Assembly: GCA_038215565.1 (NCBI GenBank)
Contig: JBBQQU010000004.1
Span: forward strand, 121,478 to 185,477
DNA: 64,000 nucleotides
Source: Gaiellales bacterium
Lineage (GTDB): Bacteria > Actinomycetota > Thermoleophilia > Gaiellales > Gaiellaceae
Direction: 5' to 3'
Positions 10,095 through 19,700 of the stretch are shown here, piece by piece; the stretch's first letter is position 1; each line of letters opens with the position of its first letter. The notes below the pieces were generated by a model. It did not search any database. It saw nothing but the letters and a program-made list of their open reading frames with translations, and had not been told where the DNA came from. The position numbers were made by a program, and so were the translations under genes.

Positions 10095-10637
10095 TTAGTT
10101 GCGGGCGCCGAAATCGGTGGTGATGATCGTCACCGCGGAGCCGCCGTAGGTGCCTGGGGCAAACGCGAAGTGCACGGCAGAGACGCCGATCTCACGCCAG
10201 CGCGGCGAGAGGATGTTCGCGCGATGCTCAGGCGAGTGCATCCACAGGTCGAGAGCTCGCGCAGAGTCGACGTCGGGTGACGACCAAAGCAGATTCTCGC
10301 CGACCGACCACGTGTGGAAGCCGGACTGCGAATACCAGCGAAGGATGCGCTTCCAGAACGCGGTTCCGTCATGCGAGGAGTGCTCGAAGTACCCGTCGGC
10401 GCCCATCTCGGTCGTGTGCTGCTTCGACGCGACGGTGAGACGGGAACTCAAGGTCAGCGGGACGAGGTGGTGCTCGACGCGAATCGTGTTCAGCTGCTGC
10501 AGGACGCCGGACTCGAGGGAACTCAAGGCGACCGCGTGTCGGCTCGGCGACGACGTCGCGGTCGCCGGCACGACGAGCATGGCAAGAGCAGCGACGAGAA
10601 CGAGGAACGGACGGGCATGGACCGGCGGAACTCTCAC
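10095..10637 (-). CDS. CAP (SCP/PR-1-like, YkwD-type) domain secreted protein
   Basis: 180 aa with a GTG start and a signal peptide. Motifs GENLLW, HSPEHRANILSPRWREIGV and C-terminal TTDFG. Confidence 0.8.
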   Translation of the reverse strand: MRVPPVHARPFLVLVAALAMLVVPATATSSPSRHAVALSSLESGVLQQLNTIRVEHHLVPLTLSSRLTVASKQHTTEMGADGYFEHSSHDGTAFWKRILRWYSQSGFHTWSVGENLLWSSPDVDSARALDLWMHSPEHRANILSPRWREIGVSAVHFAFAPGTYGGSAVTIITTDFGARN

Positions 10638-10692
10638 CCTCCAGAGATCGGCGCGACGCGGCTCTACCGCAATCCACCGAAAGGGGTACCTC

Positions 10693-11772
10693 TCAGGCTG
10701 GTGGCGGCTCCGCGACCGGCTCGATGGCGGGCCTGCGGTGGGCAGCCAGCTGATCGCGGACGATCACCTGGATCGCACCCGCGACGGGGATCGCCGCAAG
10801 GGCGCCGAGGATGCCCGCGAGCTCTGCGCCGACGAGCACGGAGATGAGGACGGCGAGTGGCGAGAGCTGAACCGTGCGGCCGTAGATCACCGGTTGGAGG
10901 AAGTGGTTCTCGAGCTGCTGGTACACGATGAAGAAGACCAGCACGATGATCCCCGCCGGCACGTTGTGCAGGAAAGCGACGGCGGTGACGATCGCGCCTG
11001 CGACGGTCGCGCCGGCGAGCGGAATCAGATCGAGGACCGCGACGAGCAGACCAAGCGCGACGGCATACGGGACGCCGAGCGCGAGCAGCACGATCGTGAT
11101 CGACGTACCCGCGATCAGGCTGATCAGGATGTTCCCGGTGACGTAGCCGCCGACCGTCTTGTAGATGTCGCGGGCGACGCCTCGCCAGCGTGGCCGTGAC
11201 TCTTCCGGGAACAGCGAGTAACAGCGCTCCATCCAGTCACCGCCCTCGAGGAGCATGAAGAACGTGAGGAAGATGATCGTCACGGTCGCGGCGATGATCG
11301 TGATCACGCTCTTCGTGACCGAGAGGGCCGCGCCTGAGAGCCCGAGGACCTTTGCCGTGCCGCCTTTCTTCACCTGCGCTTGCACCTTCTCGACGACGTG
11401 ATAGCGCCGCTCGAGGAAGCCGAGGCGCCCGCGGCCCTGCGTCAGATCGTGGACATAGGTGGGCGATGTCTGAACGAAGCCGTTCACCTCGTCGACGAGC
11501 TTCGGCACGAACGTCGCGCCGACTCCGCTGATCACGACGATCAGGAGGAGGTACGTCATCGCGATCGCGGCGCCGCGTCCGAGGTGTCCCCGCCGCTCCA
11601 TGACCCCCACCAGCGGGTCGAGCGCGAGGGAGAGAAACAGCGCGATCACGACCCACGCGAGCACGTGGCGCGCGATCCAGATGATCGCGAGGGTGATCGC
11701 AACGCTGATCGCAATCAGCAAGACCCGCACGATGGTGCGGGCGCGCAGGTCGACAACGCGCACGGGCGTCAC
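10693..11772 (-). CDS. AI-2E family transporter (PerM/UPF0118)
   Basis: 359 aa, polytopic. Motifs YVTGNILISLIAG and LDLIPLAGATVGA-like (VLDLIPLAGATVAGAI). Confidence 0.85.
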   Translation of the reverse strand: MTPVRVVDLRARTIVRVLLIAISVAITLAIIWIARHVLAWVVIALFLSLALDPLVGVMERRGHLGRGAAIAMTYLLLIVVISGVGATFVPKLVDEVNGFVQTSPTYVHDLTQGRGRLGFLERRYHVVEKVQAQVKKGGTAKVLGLSGAALSVTKSVITIIAATVTIIFLTFFMLLEGGDWMERCYSLFPEESRPRWRGVARDIYKTVGGYVTGNILISLIAGTSITIVLLALGVPYAVALGLLVAVLDLIPLAGATVAGAIVTAVAFLHNVPAGIIVLVFFIVYQQLENHFLQPVIYGRTVQLSPLAVLISVLVGAELAGILGALAAIPVAGAIQVIVRDQLAAHRRPAIEPVAEPPPA

Positions 11773-11819
11773 CGGTTGAGCATCACCAGAGGGTCGGACG
11801 TTGTTAGCCTTGGACCTCT

Positions 11820-12116
11820 ATGAGCCTCCTCACCTCACCGATCGTCGAGCACGCGTCGCTGCCGCAGGGAGGCAGCGTGACGGTGTGGGTCGGGATAGTC
11901 GACGATCCGTACTTCGACGACAAGAGCGGGTTGACGACGGTCGACCTCCAGCTGCACGAGGGCCACGGCGTCGTCGCGAGCATGTCGACCGTCCTCGAGC
12001 CGCATCAGGAGACCGAGGCGCGCGCACTCGCCCGCGAGGTGAAGGCGGCGATCGAGGCCGGCGAGATCGGCCTGCACGCGAGCGAGCTCGAGCCGTTCGC
12101 CGACAAGCTCCGCTAA
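11820..12116 (+). CDS. hypothetical protein (98 aa)
   Basis: ATG start and very high GC3 throughout. No family recognised. Confidence 0.6.
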   Translation: MSLLTSPIVEHASLPQGGSVTVWVGIVDDPYFDDKSGLTTVDLQLHEGHGVVASMSTVLEPHQETEARALAREVKAAIEAGEIGLHASELEPFADKLR

Positions 12117-12156
12117 CTCGGCAAGACCCGCGCGACGCGCGTGCACCGTGAGAAGA

Positions 12157-12227
<71 letters not shown>

Positions 12228-12229
12228 AT

Positions 12230-13009
12230 TTGAGCTCTAGTTTAGCTGCGGTGCTGCTCGCCGACGCTCACTCGCCCTACGTCTGGCAGGCCGATGTCGA
12301 CACGACTGTCGTCATCCCCGTGCTTGCGCTCCTCTACCTGTTCGCCGTCGGCCGGCTCGGTGCGCCGCGGTGGCGGATCGCCTGTTATGCCGGGTCGCTC
12401 GGCCTGCTTGCGGTGGCGTTCTGGACGCCGCTCCACCACCTCGGTCTGCACTACCTGCTGACCGCGCACCTGCTTCAGAACGTGATCCTCGCCGAATGGG
12501 CGCCGCTCCTTGCGGTGCTCGGCATCTCAGGGCCGATGGCCGACGTGCTCGCCCGGTCGCGTCCCTGGCGACTCCTTACGCACCCTGCGGTCGCGCTTCC
12601 GCTCTGGCTCGCGAGCTATTTCGCGTGGCACGCGCCTCCGCTCTTCGACGCGGCTCTGCGCCACCAGAGCTGGCTTGTGCATCTCGAGCACGCGTGTTAC
12701 TTCGGCACAGGAATCCTCGTCTGGTGGCCACTCGTGCAGGACGCGCCGAGACGTCTCGCATCAGGCGTGCGCGCTGCCTACGCGTTCGCCGCGTTCGTGC
12801 TTGCATCGCCGCTCGGCCTGCTGCTCGCGCTGCTGCCGCGCGCCGCGTACCCGTTCTATGTTGCCGCGCGACCGCGCGTGTGGGGGCTCAGCCCGCTCAC
12901 CGACCAGCAGATCGCGGGCGTGACGATGGCGAGCGAGCAGGCACTCGTCCTGTTCGTCGTCTTCGCCTACTGGTTCAGGCGGTTCCTCGGCGAGGAGGGC
13001 GCTATTTGA
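12230..13009 (+). CDS. cytochrome c oxidase assembly factor CtaG-like (caa3_CtaG family) membrane protein
   Basis: Polytopic. Motifs HLLQNVILAEWAPLL, AYFAWHAPPLFD-like and MASEQALV. The ORF-track start at 12182 lies inside tRNA-Gly. The first usable in-frame starts are TTG 12230 or GTG 12251. Confidence 0.7.
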   Translation: MSSSLAAVLLADAHSPYVWQADVDTTVVIPVLALLYLFAVGRLGAPRWRIACYAGSLGLLAVAFWTPLHHLGLHYLLTAHLLQNVILAEWAPLLAVLGISGPMADVLARSRPWRLLTHPAVALPLWLASYFAWHAPPLFDAALRHQSWLVHLEHACYFGTGILVWWPLVQDAPRRLASGVRAAYAFAAFVLASPLGLLLALLPRAAYPFYVAARPRVWGLSPLTDQQIAGVTMASEQALVLFVVFAYWFRRFLGEEGAI

Positions 13010-13385
13010 GGCAGCCGGTGACCGTGCTGATATCCGCGTCCGACGGATGCTCGTGCCAGAGCATCACGGCGTTCCGGTCCTGACGCAGCACGTCGTCGAT
13101 ACCGACGTTGCGTGCGTGGAAGCTCCGGTAGGCCTGGTCGATATTGTCGGCGTCCGCGGCGGTCGCTCCAAATGCGATCGTCACGAAGTTCGTCGCCAGA
13201 TGCGCGCGCAGTGCACCCCCCGTCGCCGTCGTGGCGACAAAGTCCAGGGAGCCGCCGAGCGCGACGTGCTTGGAGGTGAAGCACGCCTGCGTCTTCTGAA
13301 CCGTGTAGAGACCGGCGCCGCCCGAGCCGCCGCAGCCGGTAAGCAGAACGGCGAGCGCGATACCGCTGAGAGCGATGTGTTTCAC
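13002..13385 (-). CDS. hypothetical lipoprotein (127 aa)
   Basis: GTG start. MKHIALSGIALAVLLTGCGG carries the lipobox LTGC. Confidence 0.6.
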   Translation of the reverse strand: MKHIALSGIALAVLLTGCGGSGGAGLYTVQKTQACFTSKHVALGGSLDFVATTATGGALRAHLATNFVTIAFGATAADADNIDQAYRSFHARNVGIDDVLRQDRNAVMLWHEHPSDADISTVTGCLK

Positions 13386-13456
13386 GGCGGGTCAGTCTAG
13401 GCGCAAGGTCGGCTCTCTAGAGCCGGAACGGCGCGGGTCGCTACGCTTGCGCGCTC

Positions 13457-14668
13457 GTGATCGCCGCAGACCAGAGACTCGAGACGTACGCGCGACTTGC
13501 CGTTCAGGTGGGTCTCAACCTGCAACCGGGGCAGATCCTTGGGATCAACGCGCTCGTCGAGCATGCGCCGCTCGCCCGCGCGATCGCCCGCCAGGCCTAC
13601 GAAAGCGGCGCGCGCTACGTCGACGTGCTCTACAGCGACCAGCACGTCCGGCGCGCCCACATCGCCGCCGCCGCGGACGACCAACTTGGCTTTTCGCCCC
13701 CGTGGCTCGTCGAGCGCCTGCGCAACCTGGGCGAGATCGGCGGCGCGCTCGTCGCAATCACCGGCAACCCCGAGCCCGAGCTCTATGCGGATCTCGACGG
13801 CGAGCGCGTCGGCAAGGCGCGCATGCGCGAGGTCGCAGAGGAGTCGTTGAAGCTCACCGACGGTCTCTGCAACTGGACGATCGTCGCCTACCCGAACGCG
13901 GGTTGGGCACAGACGGTGTTCGGCGAGCCGGATGTCGAGCGGCTCTGGGATGCCGTCGGTGCCGCCGTTCGCCTCGACGAGGCCGATCCGGTCGCCGCTT
14001 GGCGCGACCACATCGCACGTCTCCAGCAGCGCGCCGCGGCACTGAACGAGCGCCGCTTCGACCACCTCCGCTACCGCGGCCCCGGCACCGACCTCTCGAT
14101 CGGGCTTCATCCCGACTCGGAATGGCAGGCAGCTCTCGACGAGTCGCGCGGGATCAAGCACGTGGCGAACATGCCCACCGAAGAGGTGTTCACGACACCC
14201 GACGCGCGCCGGGTGGACGGCACCGTCCGCTCGACGCTGCCGCTGCAGATCCAGGGCAACATCGTGCGCGGCCTCGAGGTCCGCTTCACGGACGGGCGTG
14301 TCGTCGAGATCCGCGCCGAATCGGGCGAAGAGGTCATGCGCACGCATGCGGCCACCGACGATGGGGCGTCGCGCCTCGGCGAGGTCGCTCTGGTCGACGG
14401 GCATTCACGCGTCGGTAAGACCGGGCTCGTCTTCTACGACACCCTCTTCGACGAGAACGCGTCGTCGCACATCGCGCTCGGTGCGTCGATCGTGCAGGCG
14501 GTTCCCGGCGCGAGCGAGCAAACAGCCGAGGAGCGCCACGCACGCGGCGTGAACCACTCGTCGATCCACACCGACTTCATGATCGGCTCGAACGAGCTCG
14601 AGATCGACGGCGTCACCACGGACGGCGAAGCCGTCCCGATCATCCGCAACGGCGACTGGCTGCTCTAA
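13457..14668 (+). CDS. aminopeptidase, M29 (AmpS/PepS) family
   Basis: 403 aa. N-terminus LETYARLAVQVGLNLQPGQ and C-terminal HIALG...HTDFMIG are characteristic of M29. Confidence 0.85.
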   Translation: MIAADQRLETYARLAVQVGLNLQPGQILGINALVEHAPLARAIARQAYESGARYVDVLYSDQHVRRAHIAAAADDQLGFSPPWLVERLRNLGEIGGALVAITGNPEPELYADLDGERVGKARMREVAEESLKLTDGLCNWTIVAYPNAGWAQTVFGEPDVERLWDAVGAAVRLDEADPVAAWRDHIARLQQRAAALNERRFDHLRYRGPGTDLSIGLHPDSEWQAALDESRGIKHVANMPTEEVFTTPDARRVDGTVRSTLPLQIQGNIVRGLEVRFTDGRVVEIRAESGEEVMRTHAATDDGASRLGEVALVDGHSRVGKTGLVFYDTLFDENASSHIALGASIVQAVPGASEQTAEERHARGVNHSSIHTDFMIGSNELEIDGVTTDGEAVPIIRNGDWLL

Positions 14669-14671
14669 CAG

Positions 14672-14745
14672 TCGGGACGGTCGGATTCGAACCGACGGCT
14701 TCCGCCTCCCAAAGGCGGCGCTCTGCCAGGCTGAGCTACGTCCCG
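14672..14745 (-). tRNA. tRNA-Pro(TGG); no encoded CCA
   Basis: Acceptor CGGGACG/CGTCCCG. Anticodon stem CCGCC/GGCGG with loop TTTGGGA. T-arm GTCGGTTCGAATCCGAC. Confidence 0.9.
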
Positions 14746-14755
14746 AGACTTGCAG

Positions 14756-14779
14756 TGTACGTTCGACTGTACGTTCGAC
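14756..14779. repeat. perfect 12-bp tandem repeat x2 (tgtacgttcgac)
   Basis: 14756-14767 equals 14768-14779. Located in the 38-bp gap between the tRNA-Pro 5' end and the EamA gene start. Confidence 0.9.
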
Positions 14780-14783
14780 TCCC

Positions 14784-15731
14784 GTGAGCGAGGCTCCTTT
14801 CCCAGTCGAGCCGGCACGCCACCGGCGCCCGCGGCTCGGGTACACGATGGCGGCGACGGCCGCCGTCGTCTGGGGCATTAACGGCGCTGTCTCGAAAACG
14901 ATCCTCTCGACCGGCGTGCCCTCGGAGCGGCTCGCCCAAGTTCGCTCGCTCGGGGCGGCGCTCGGTCTCGTCGCCATCCTGGCAGTGACTGCACCCTCGC
15001 GGCTGCGTCTCACGAAGCGCGAAGTGCCCTACCTGATCGTCTTCGGCATCGGCGGCCTCGCACTCGTGCAGTGGTTCTACTTCCTCGCCATTCACCGGCT
15101 CGACATCGGCGTCGCGCTCCTGATCGAGTACCTCGCCCCGCTCCTCGTCGCGCTCTGGGCCCGCTTTGCCTACCACGAGCCGGTGCGCCGACGGATCTGG
15201 GGAGCGCTCGCCCTCGCGCTGATCGGGCTCGCACTGATCGTGAACCTGTTCGGCGGCGGCGCATCGCTCTCGACGGCGGGCATCCTCTTCGCCCTGGGAG
15301 GTGCGCTCGCCTACGCGCTGTATGTCCTCCTCGCCGAGCATGTGGTCGGCGGCCGCGACCCGGTGTCGCTCCTTGCCTGGGGCTTTCTCTTCGCCTCGGT
15401 CTTCTGGGCCGTTCTCGTCCCGTGGTGGACGTTTCCCGCCCACGCGTTCGCGCGCACGACGTCGCTGCACGGCCACCTCCACGCCGTGCACCTCCCGGTG
15501 TGGACGCTCGCTGCGTGGATGATCGTGCTCGGCACGATCGCCCCGTTCTTTCTGCTCGTGAGCGCGCTCCGCCACCTCCCCGCGACACGTGTCGGCATCG
15601 TCGCCATGCTCGAGCCGGTCGCCGGCGCTCTCGTTGCCTGGGCCTGGCTCGGTGAGACGTTCGGCGGCGTGCAACTGGCGGGCGCGATCGTGGTTCTCGC
15701 AGCAATCGTCCTGGCGCAGACAGCGCGATAG
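14784..15731 (+). CDS. EamA/DMT family transporter
   Basis: 315 aa. Ten-TM-like profile with two EamA-like halves. Confidence 0.8.
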   Translation: MSEAPFPVEPARHRRPRLGYTMAATAAVVWGINGAVSKTILSTGVPSERLAQVRSLGAALGLVAILAVTAPSRLRLTKREVPYLIVFGIGGLALVQWFYFLAIHRLDIGVALLIEYLAPLLVALWARFAYHEPVRRRIWGALALALIGLALIVNLFGGGASLSTAGILFALGGALAYALYVLLAEHVVGGRDPVSLLAWGFLFASVFWAVLVPWWTFPAHAFARTTSLHGHLHAVHLPVWTLAAWMIVLGTIAPFFLLVSALRHLPATRVGIVAMLEPVAGALVAWAWLGETFGGVQLAGAIVVLAAIVLAQTAR

Positions 15732-15733
15732 CT

Positions 15734-16261
15734 TTGGGTAGGTTCGTGCGCATATCCCCCAAAAGGGGGAGGCTGCCGTCCGAAGGGGCTGCGAGCGTCC
15801 AAGCCGTGCTCCGGACGATCTTCGCCCTGGCCGCCCTCGTACTCGTGCTCGCCGCCGCCGCTCCGGCCGGCATCACGCGCACGGAGTCGTCCCTCCTGCG
15901 TGAGATCAACCGTACGCGCGCCGCGCACAACCTCCGACCGCTCGTTTTGGACGCACACCTCGAGCGCGCGGCGCAAGCACACACCGACGACATGCTCCGG
16001 ACGAACGTCTTTGCTCACGGGGCCTTTGCGCTCCGGCTTCTCCAGTTCAACGTCGCCGGGCGAGTCGCGGGCGAGAACCTCGCCTGGGGGGCGGGCTCCC
16101 GTGGGTCGGCACGGAGGATCGTCGCGGCTTGGCTCGCAAGCCCCGAGCATCGAGCAAACCTGCTCGGCCCGTCATTCCGACGTGTCGGTATCGGCGCGAT
16201 CATCGGCACGTTCCAGGGATCCGCGCGCGCCCGCGTGGTCACTGCCGACTTCGCCGGCTGA
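15734..16261 (+). CDS. CAP (SCP/PR-1-like) domain secreted protein, paralog of 10095-10637
   Basis: Motifs GENLAWG, ASPEHRANLLGPSFRRVGIG and C-terminal TADFAG. Signal peptide VLRTIFALAALVLVLAAAAPA. The true start may be an internal GTG. Confidence 0.75.
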   Translation: MGRFVRISPKRGRLPSEGAASVQAVLRTIFALAALVLVLAAAAPAGITRTESSLLREINRTRAAHNLRPLVLDAHLERAAQAHTDDMLRTNVFAHGAFALRLLQFNVAGRVAGENLAWGAGSRGSARRIVAAWLASPEHRANLLGPSFRRVGIGAIIGTFQGSARARVVTADFAG

Positions 16262-16271
16262 CGCGGCGCCG

Positions 16272-16712
16272 CTACTCGCGCTCGAGCATCGAACGAAGCT
16301 CGGTGAGCTTCTCGCGTCGCAAGTCATCGCGCTCGCCGCGCTCGACGCGGATGGACAGCTCGCGCACGAGGGGAGCGAGGTCGATCGGGTTGAACGGCTT
16401 CGTCACGTAGTCGACGCCGCCGAGATCGATGCCTCGCGCACGGTCACGCAGCTCTGCCCGGGCCGTGAGGAAAACGATCGGGATGTGCTTGGTGCGCTCG
16501 TCATCGAGCAGCTCCTCGGCCACCCGCCAGCCGTCGAGCCCCGGCATCATCACGTCGAGCAGGATGACATCCGGCCGCTCCGCACGCGCCCGCTCGAGAC
16601 CGCTCGGTCCGTCGGCCGCCTCGAGTACCTCCATTCCCTCCGCCTCGAGGTTGACGCGGCACAGCAGCCGGATCGGAGCCTCGTCATCGATCACCAGAAC
16701 CCTCATCCCCAT
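16272..16712 (-). CDS. single-domain (CheY-like) response regulator
   Basis: 146 aa. Acidic pocket VIDDE, phospho-acceptor context VILLDVMMPGLDG, and conserved T (FLTA) and K (VTKPF). No output domain. Confidence 0.9.
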   Translation of the reverse strand: MGMRVLVIDDEAPIRLLCRVNLEAEGMEVLEAADGPSGLERARAERPDVILLDVMMPGLDGWRVAEELLDDERTKHIPIVFLTARAELRDRARGIDLGGVDYVTKPFNPIDLAPLVRELSIRVERGERDDLRREKLTELRSMLERE

Positions 16713-16742
16713 GTCGCTCCTATGCCCTCCACATCGGAAACC

Positions 16743-19700
16743 TCACACGTCATCCTCTGCGAGTGGGAGGACGAAGGCGAACCGCGCCCCCTTGCCTTCC
16801 TCCGAATCGACCCAGATCCGCCCTCCCATTTCGTGCACAAGCCCCTGCGCGATGAAGAGGCCGAGTCCCGTGCCGCGGCCCTGTGCGTCACCCGCCTTGT
16901 AGAACTTCGAGAAGATCCGCTCGCGCTCGGCCGGCGGAACCCCCGACCCTTCGTCGACAACGGCGACCTCGACGACATCGTCGAGCCGTCGAGCGCTGAC
17001 GACCACCGTACTGCCCGCCGGCGAGAATTTCACTGCGTTCGCGACGAGCTGATTCAGCACCTGCTGAAGCTTTTCAGGATCGGCCTGAGCGGCGAGTGAG
17101 CCCTCGTCGCCGACGTCCGCAACCAGCCGATGGTCGTCCGACCCGTCCGCGGCGGCGAGCGCTCGCTCGACCACGCGGCCGACATCGGTCGCTTCGAGTG
17201 AGACCGTCAGATCACCGGTGTCGAGCTGCGCGACGCTCAGCAGCGCATCGACGATCGACGTGAGGCGTTCGGACTCGCGCGCGATGAACTGGAGGAACGT
17301 CCTCCGTTCCGGCTCGCCGAAAGTGACGTCCTCGCGCAGCAGCGTCTGCGCGAAGCCGTAGATCGACGTGAGGGGCGTGCGGAGCTCGAGCGACACCGTC
17401 GACACGAAGTCGGACTTCATCTGCTCGACAACATGTTCCGATGAGATGTCGCGGAATGCGAAGATGCGGCCCGCCGTCGCGCCGGTCGGATCGCGCATCA
17501 CGGCCTCCGACAGCGACAGCCAGATCTCGGCACCGGCACGCGGGATCGCAATCGAGCGGTTCGTCCCGCCTCCTTCCGACTCGAGGTCACGCTGCAACAC
17601 CTGCGCTGTCGTCCGCCCGATCGCCTCGGCGGCCGGCACGCCGGTGATCTCCTCGGCCGCCCGGTTCCAGAGCACGACGTGACCGTCGCGGTCGACGGCG
17701 ACGATGCCGTCGGCGACGTTCGCGAGAATCGCGACACTTTGCCCGCGTTCCACGGCGACACGCTGGTACAGCTCGGCATTCGACAAGGCCACCGCTGCGC
17801 TCGCCGCGAGTGCGACGAGCGCGCCGACCTCCTCGTCACGCCACTCGCGCGGCTCGCGCGAGTAGACCGACAGCACGCCATAGATGCCGCCCTCACGCGC
17901 GGCGAGCGGCACGCCGAGGTACGCGCGGTTCCCTGCCGCCAGCAACGGGTCCCACTGGGCGAGGCCCTCGTCCGCGGTCGTGTCCTCGTACGCGCGTGGC
18001 GCTCGCGACTGCACGACATCACCGGCAAGCCAGCCGGTCGACGGAGAGCGCGCCGCGAGTGCGTCCTCGGCGCCCTGACCGGTTGCGGCGGTCACGACGA
18101 GCTCGTCACCGTCGAGCGCAGCGAGACTCGCGGCGTCGGCCGCGAGCAGCTCGACGGCGGCGTCGATGACGGCCTGGAGGACGGCGTCTGGATCGAGCTC
18201 GGTCGCAAGGAGCCTGCCCGTGCGCGCGAGCTGCTGGGAGAGCGCGCGACCGGCTCGCTCTGCCTCGTACAGGCGGCTGCGGTCGAGCGCGCCCCGCGCC
18301 GCTCCCGCCACCCGTTGCGCGAGCTCCAGATCGTCCCGCTCGAACGCCCGCGGGTCGCGAAAGAGGACGAGCACGACCCCTGAGCCTTCGCCGGGCACCG
18401 GAATGGCGAGGAGCGAGGCGAAGAGCCCGGATCGCCACTCGGCGCCAAAGCGCTCGTCGCTCGAAAGCGACGGTGCGACGAGCATCTGCCCGTCGCCCGC
18501 GGCCTCGGCCAGCGCCTCGGGCACATCGAACGCGCGCACCGATTCAGGCAGATCGTGGCCGCCGACGAACTGCAGCGCCCCGCCTACTCGAACGAGCAGG
18601 GCGGCAACGTCACCGCCGAGCGCCTCGGCGGCGGCCTGCGCCGCCGCGTCGTAGGTCTCCGCGAGCGACAGTGGCTCGCCGAGCAACGTCGCGATGCGGT
18701 AGAAGCCGCGCTGCACGCGCGCCTGGCGTGTCGTGTCTGCGAAGCTCTCGGCGTTGCGGAGCGCGAGCGAGGCGAGCGACGCGAACGCCTCGAGCATCTC
18801 GATGTCGGCGGCCGAGAACTCGCGGGTGCTGTCCCGCGCGCCGACGCCAAGCACGCCGAGCGTCTCACCGGCCCACACCATCGGCGCAACGAGCGCACGT
18901 GTGAACTCGGCGTACGCGGGATTCGGGATCGGATCCACGACCGCCGCTTCGTCATCCGAGCCGACCGGCCGCGCCTCGCGCAACGCCGCTCCGGCAAGTC
19001 CATGCGACGCCTCGAACTCGAATCCCACGAAGTCGTGCGCGAAGCCGTGCACGGCGGCGCAGCGAAGAATCCCGCGCTCCCGATCGAGCAGGTAACAGTC
19101 GGCGGCGTCCGCGCCGAGCAGCGTCGTCACCTGCTCGACGAGCAGCTCGAGGACGCTCTCGAGGTCGAGCTCGCTCGTGACGACCTGCGCCGCCTGGAGG
19201 AGAGCCGCCTGCTGCTCGAGTCTTTGGCGATTCTCGGTCAGGAGACGCGCTGTCCGAAGTGACGCACCGACCTCGTCTGCGACGGTGTTGACGAGGAACG
19301 TCTCGCCCGCGTCGAGCGGTGTCACGCGCTCGGCGATCAGAATGCCGATTTGCTCGCCATGCGCCACGATCGCCGTTCCGTAGCCGGTCGCGTCACTGAG
19401 CACGATCTCCGTCCGGTCGAGGCGAAGAACCCGCGCGAGCTCTACACATGCGACATCGATCACACTCTCTGGATCGAGCTCCGAGCGAATGCGACGGGTG
19501 ATTGCAGAGACGGTCTGCTCACGGCTGAGGGCATCCGAGAGGGCCGACGAGGAGCGAAGCCGTTCCAACGCGAGCGCGGCCTCGGCAGCCAGCGCGCGCA
19601 GAAGCGTCAGCTCCTCGGGCAGGAACGCCCGCTTGACGTCGGTCGATACAACGGCGAGCACGCCGATCACCCGATCCTCAGCGATCATCGGAATCCAGGC

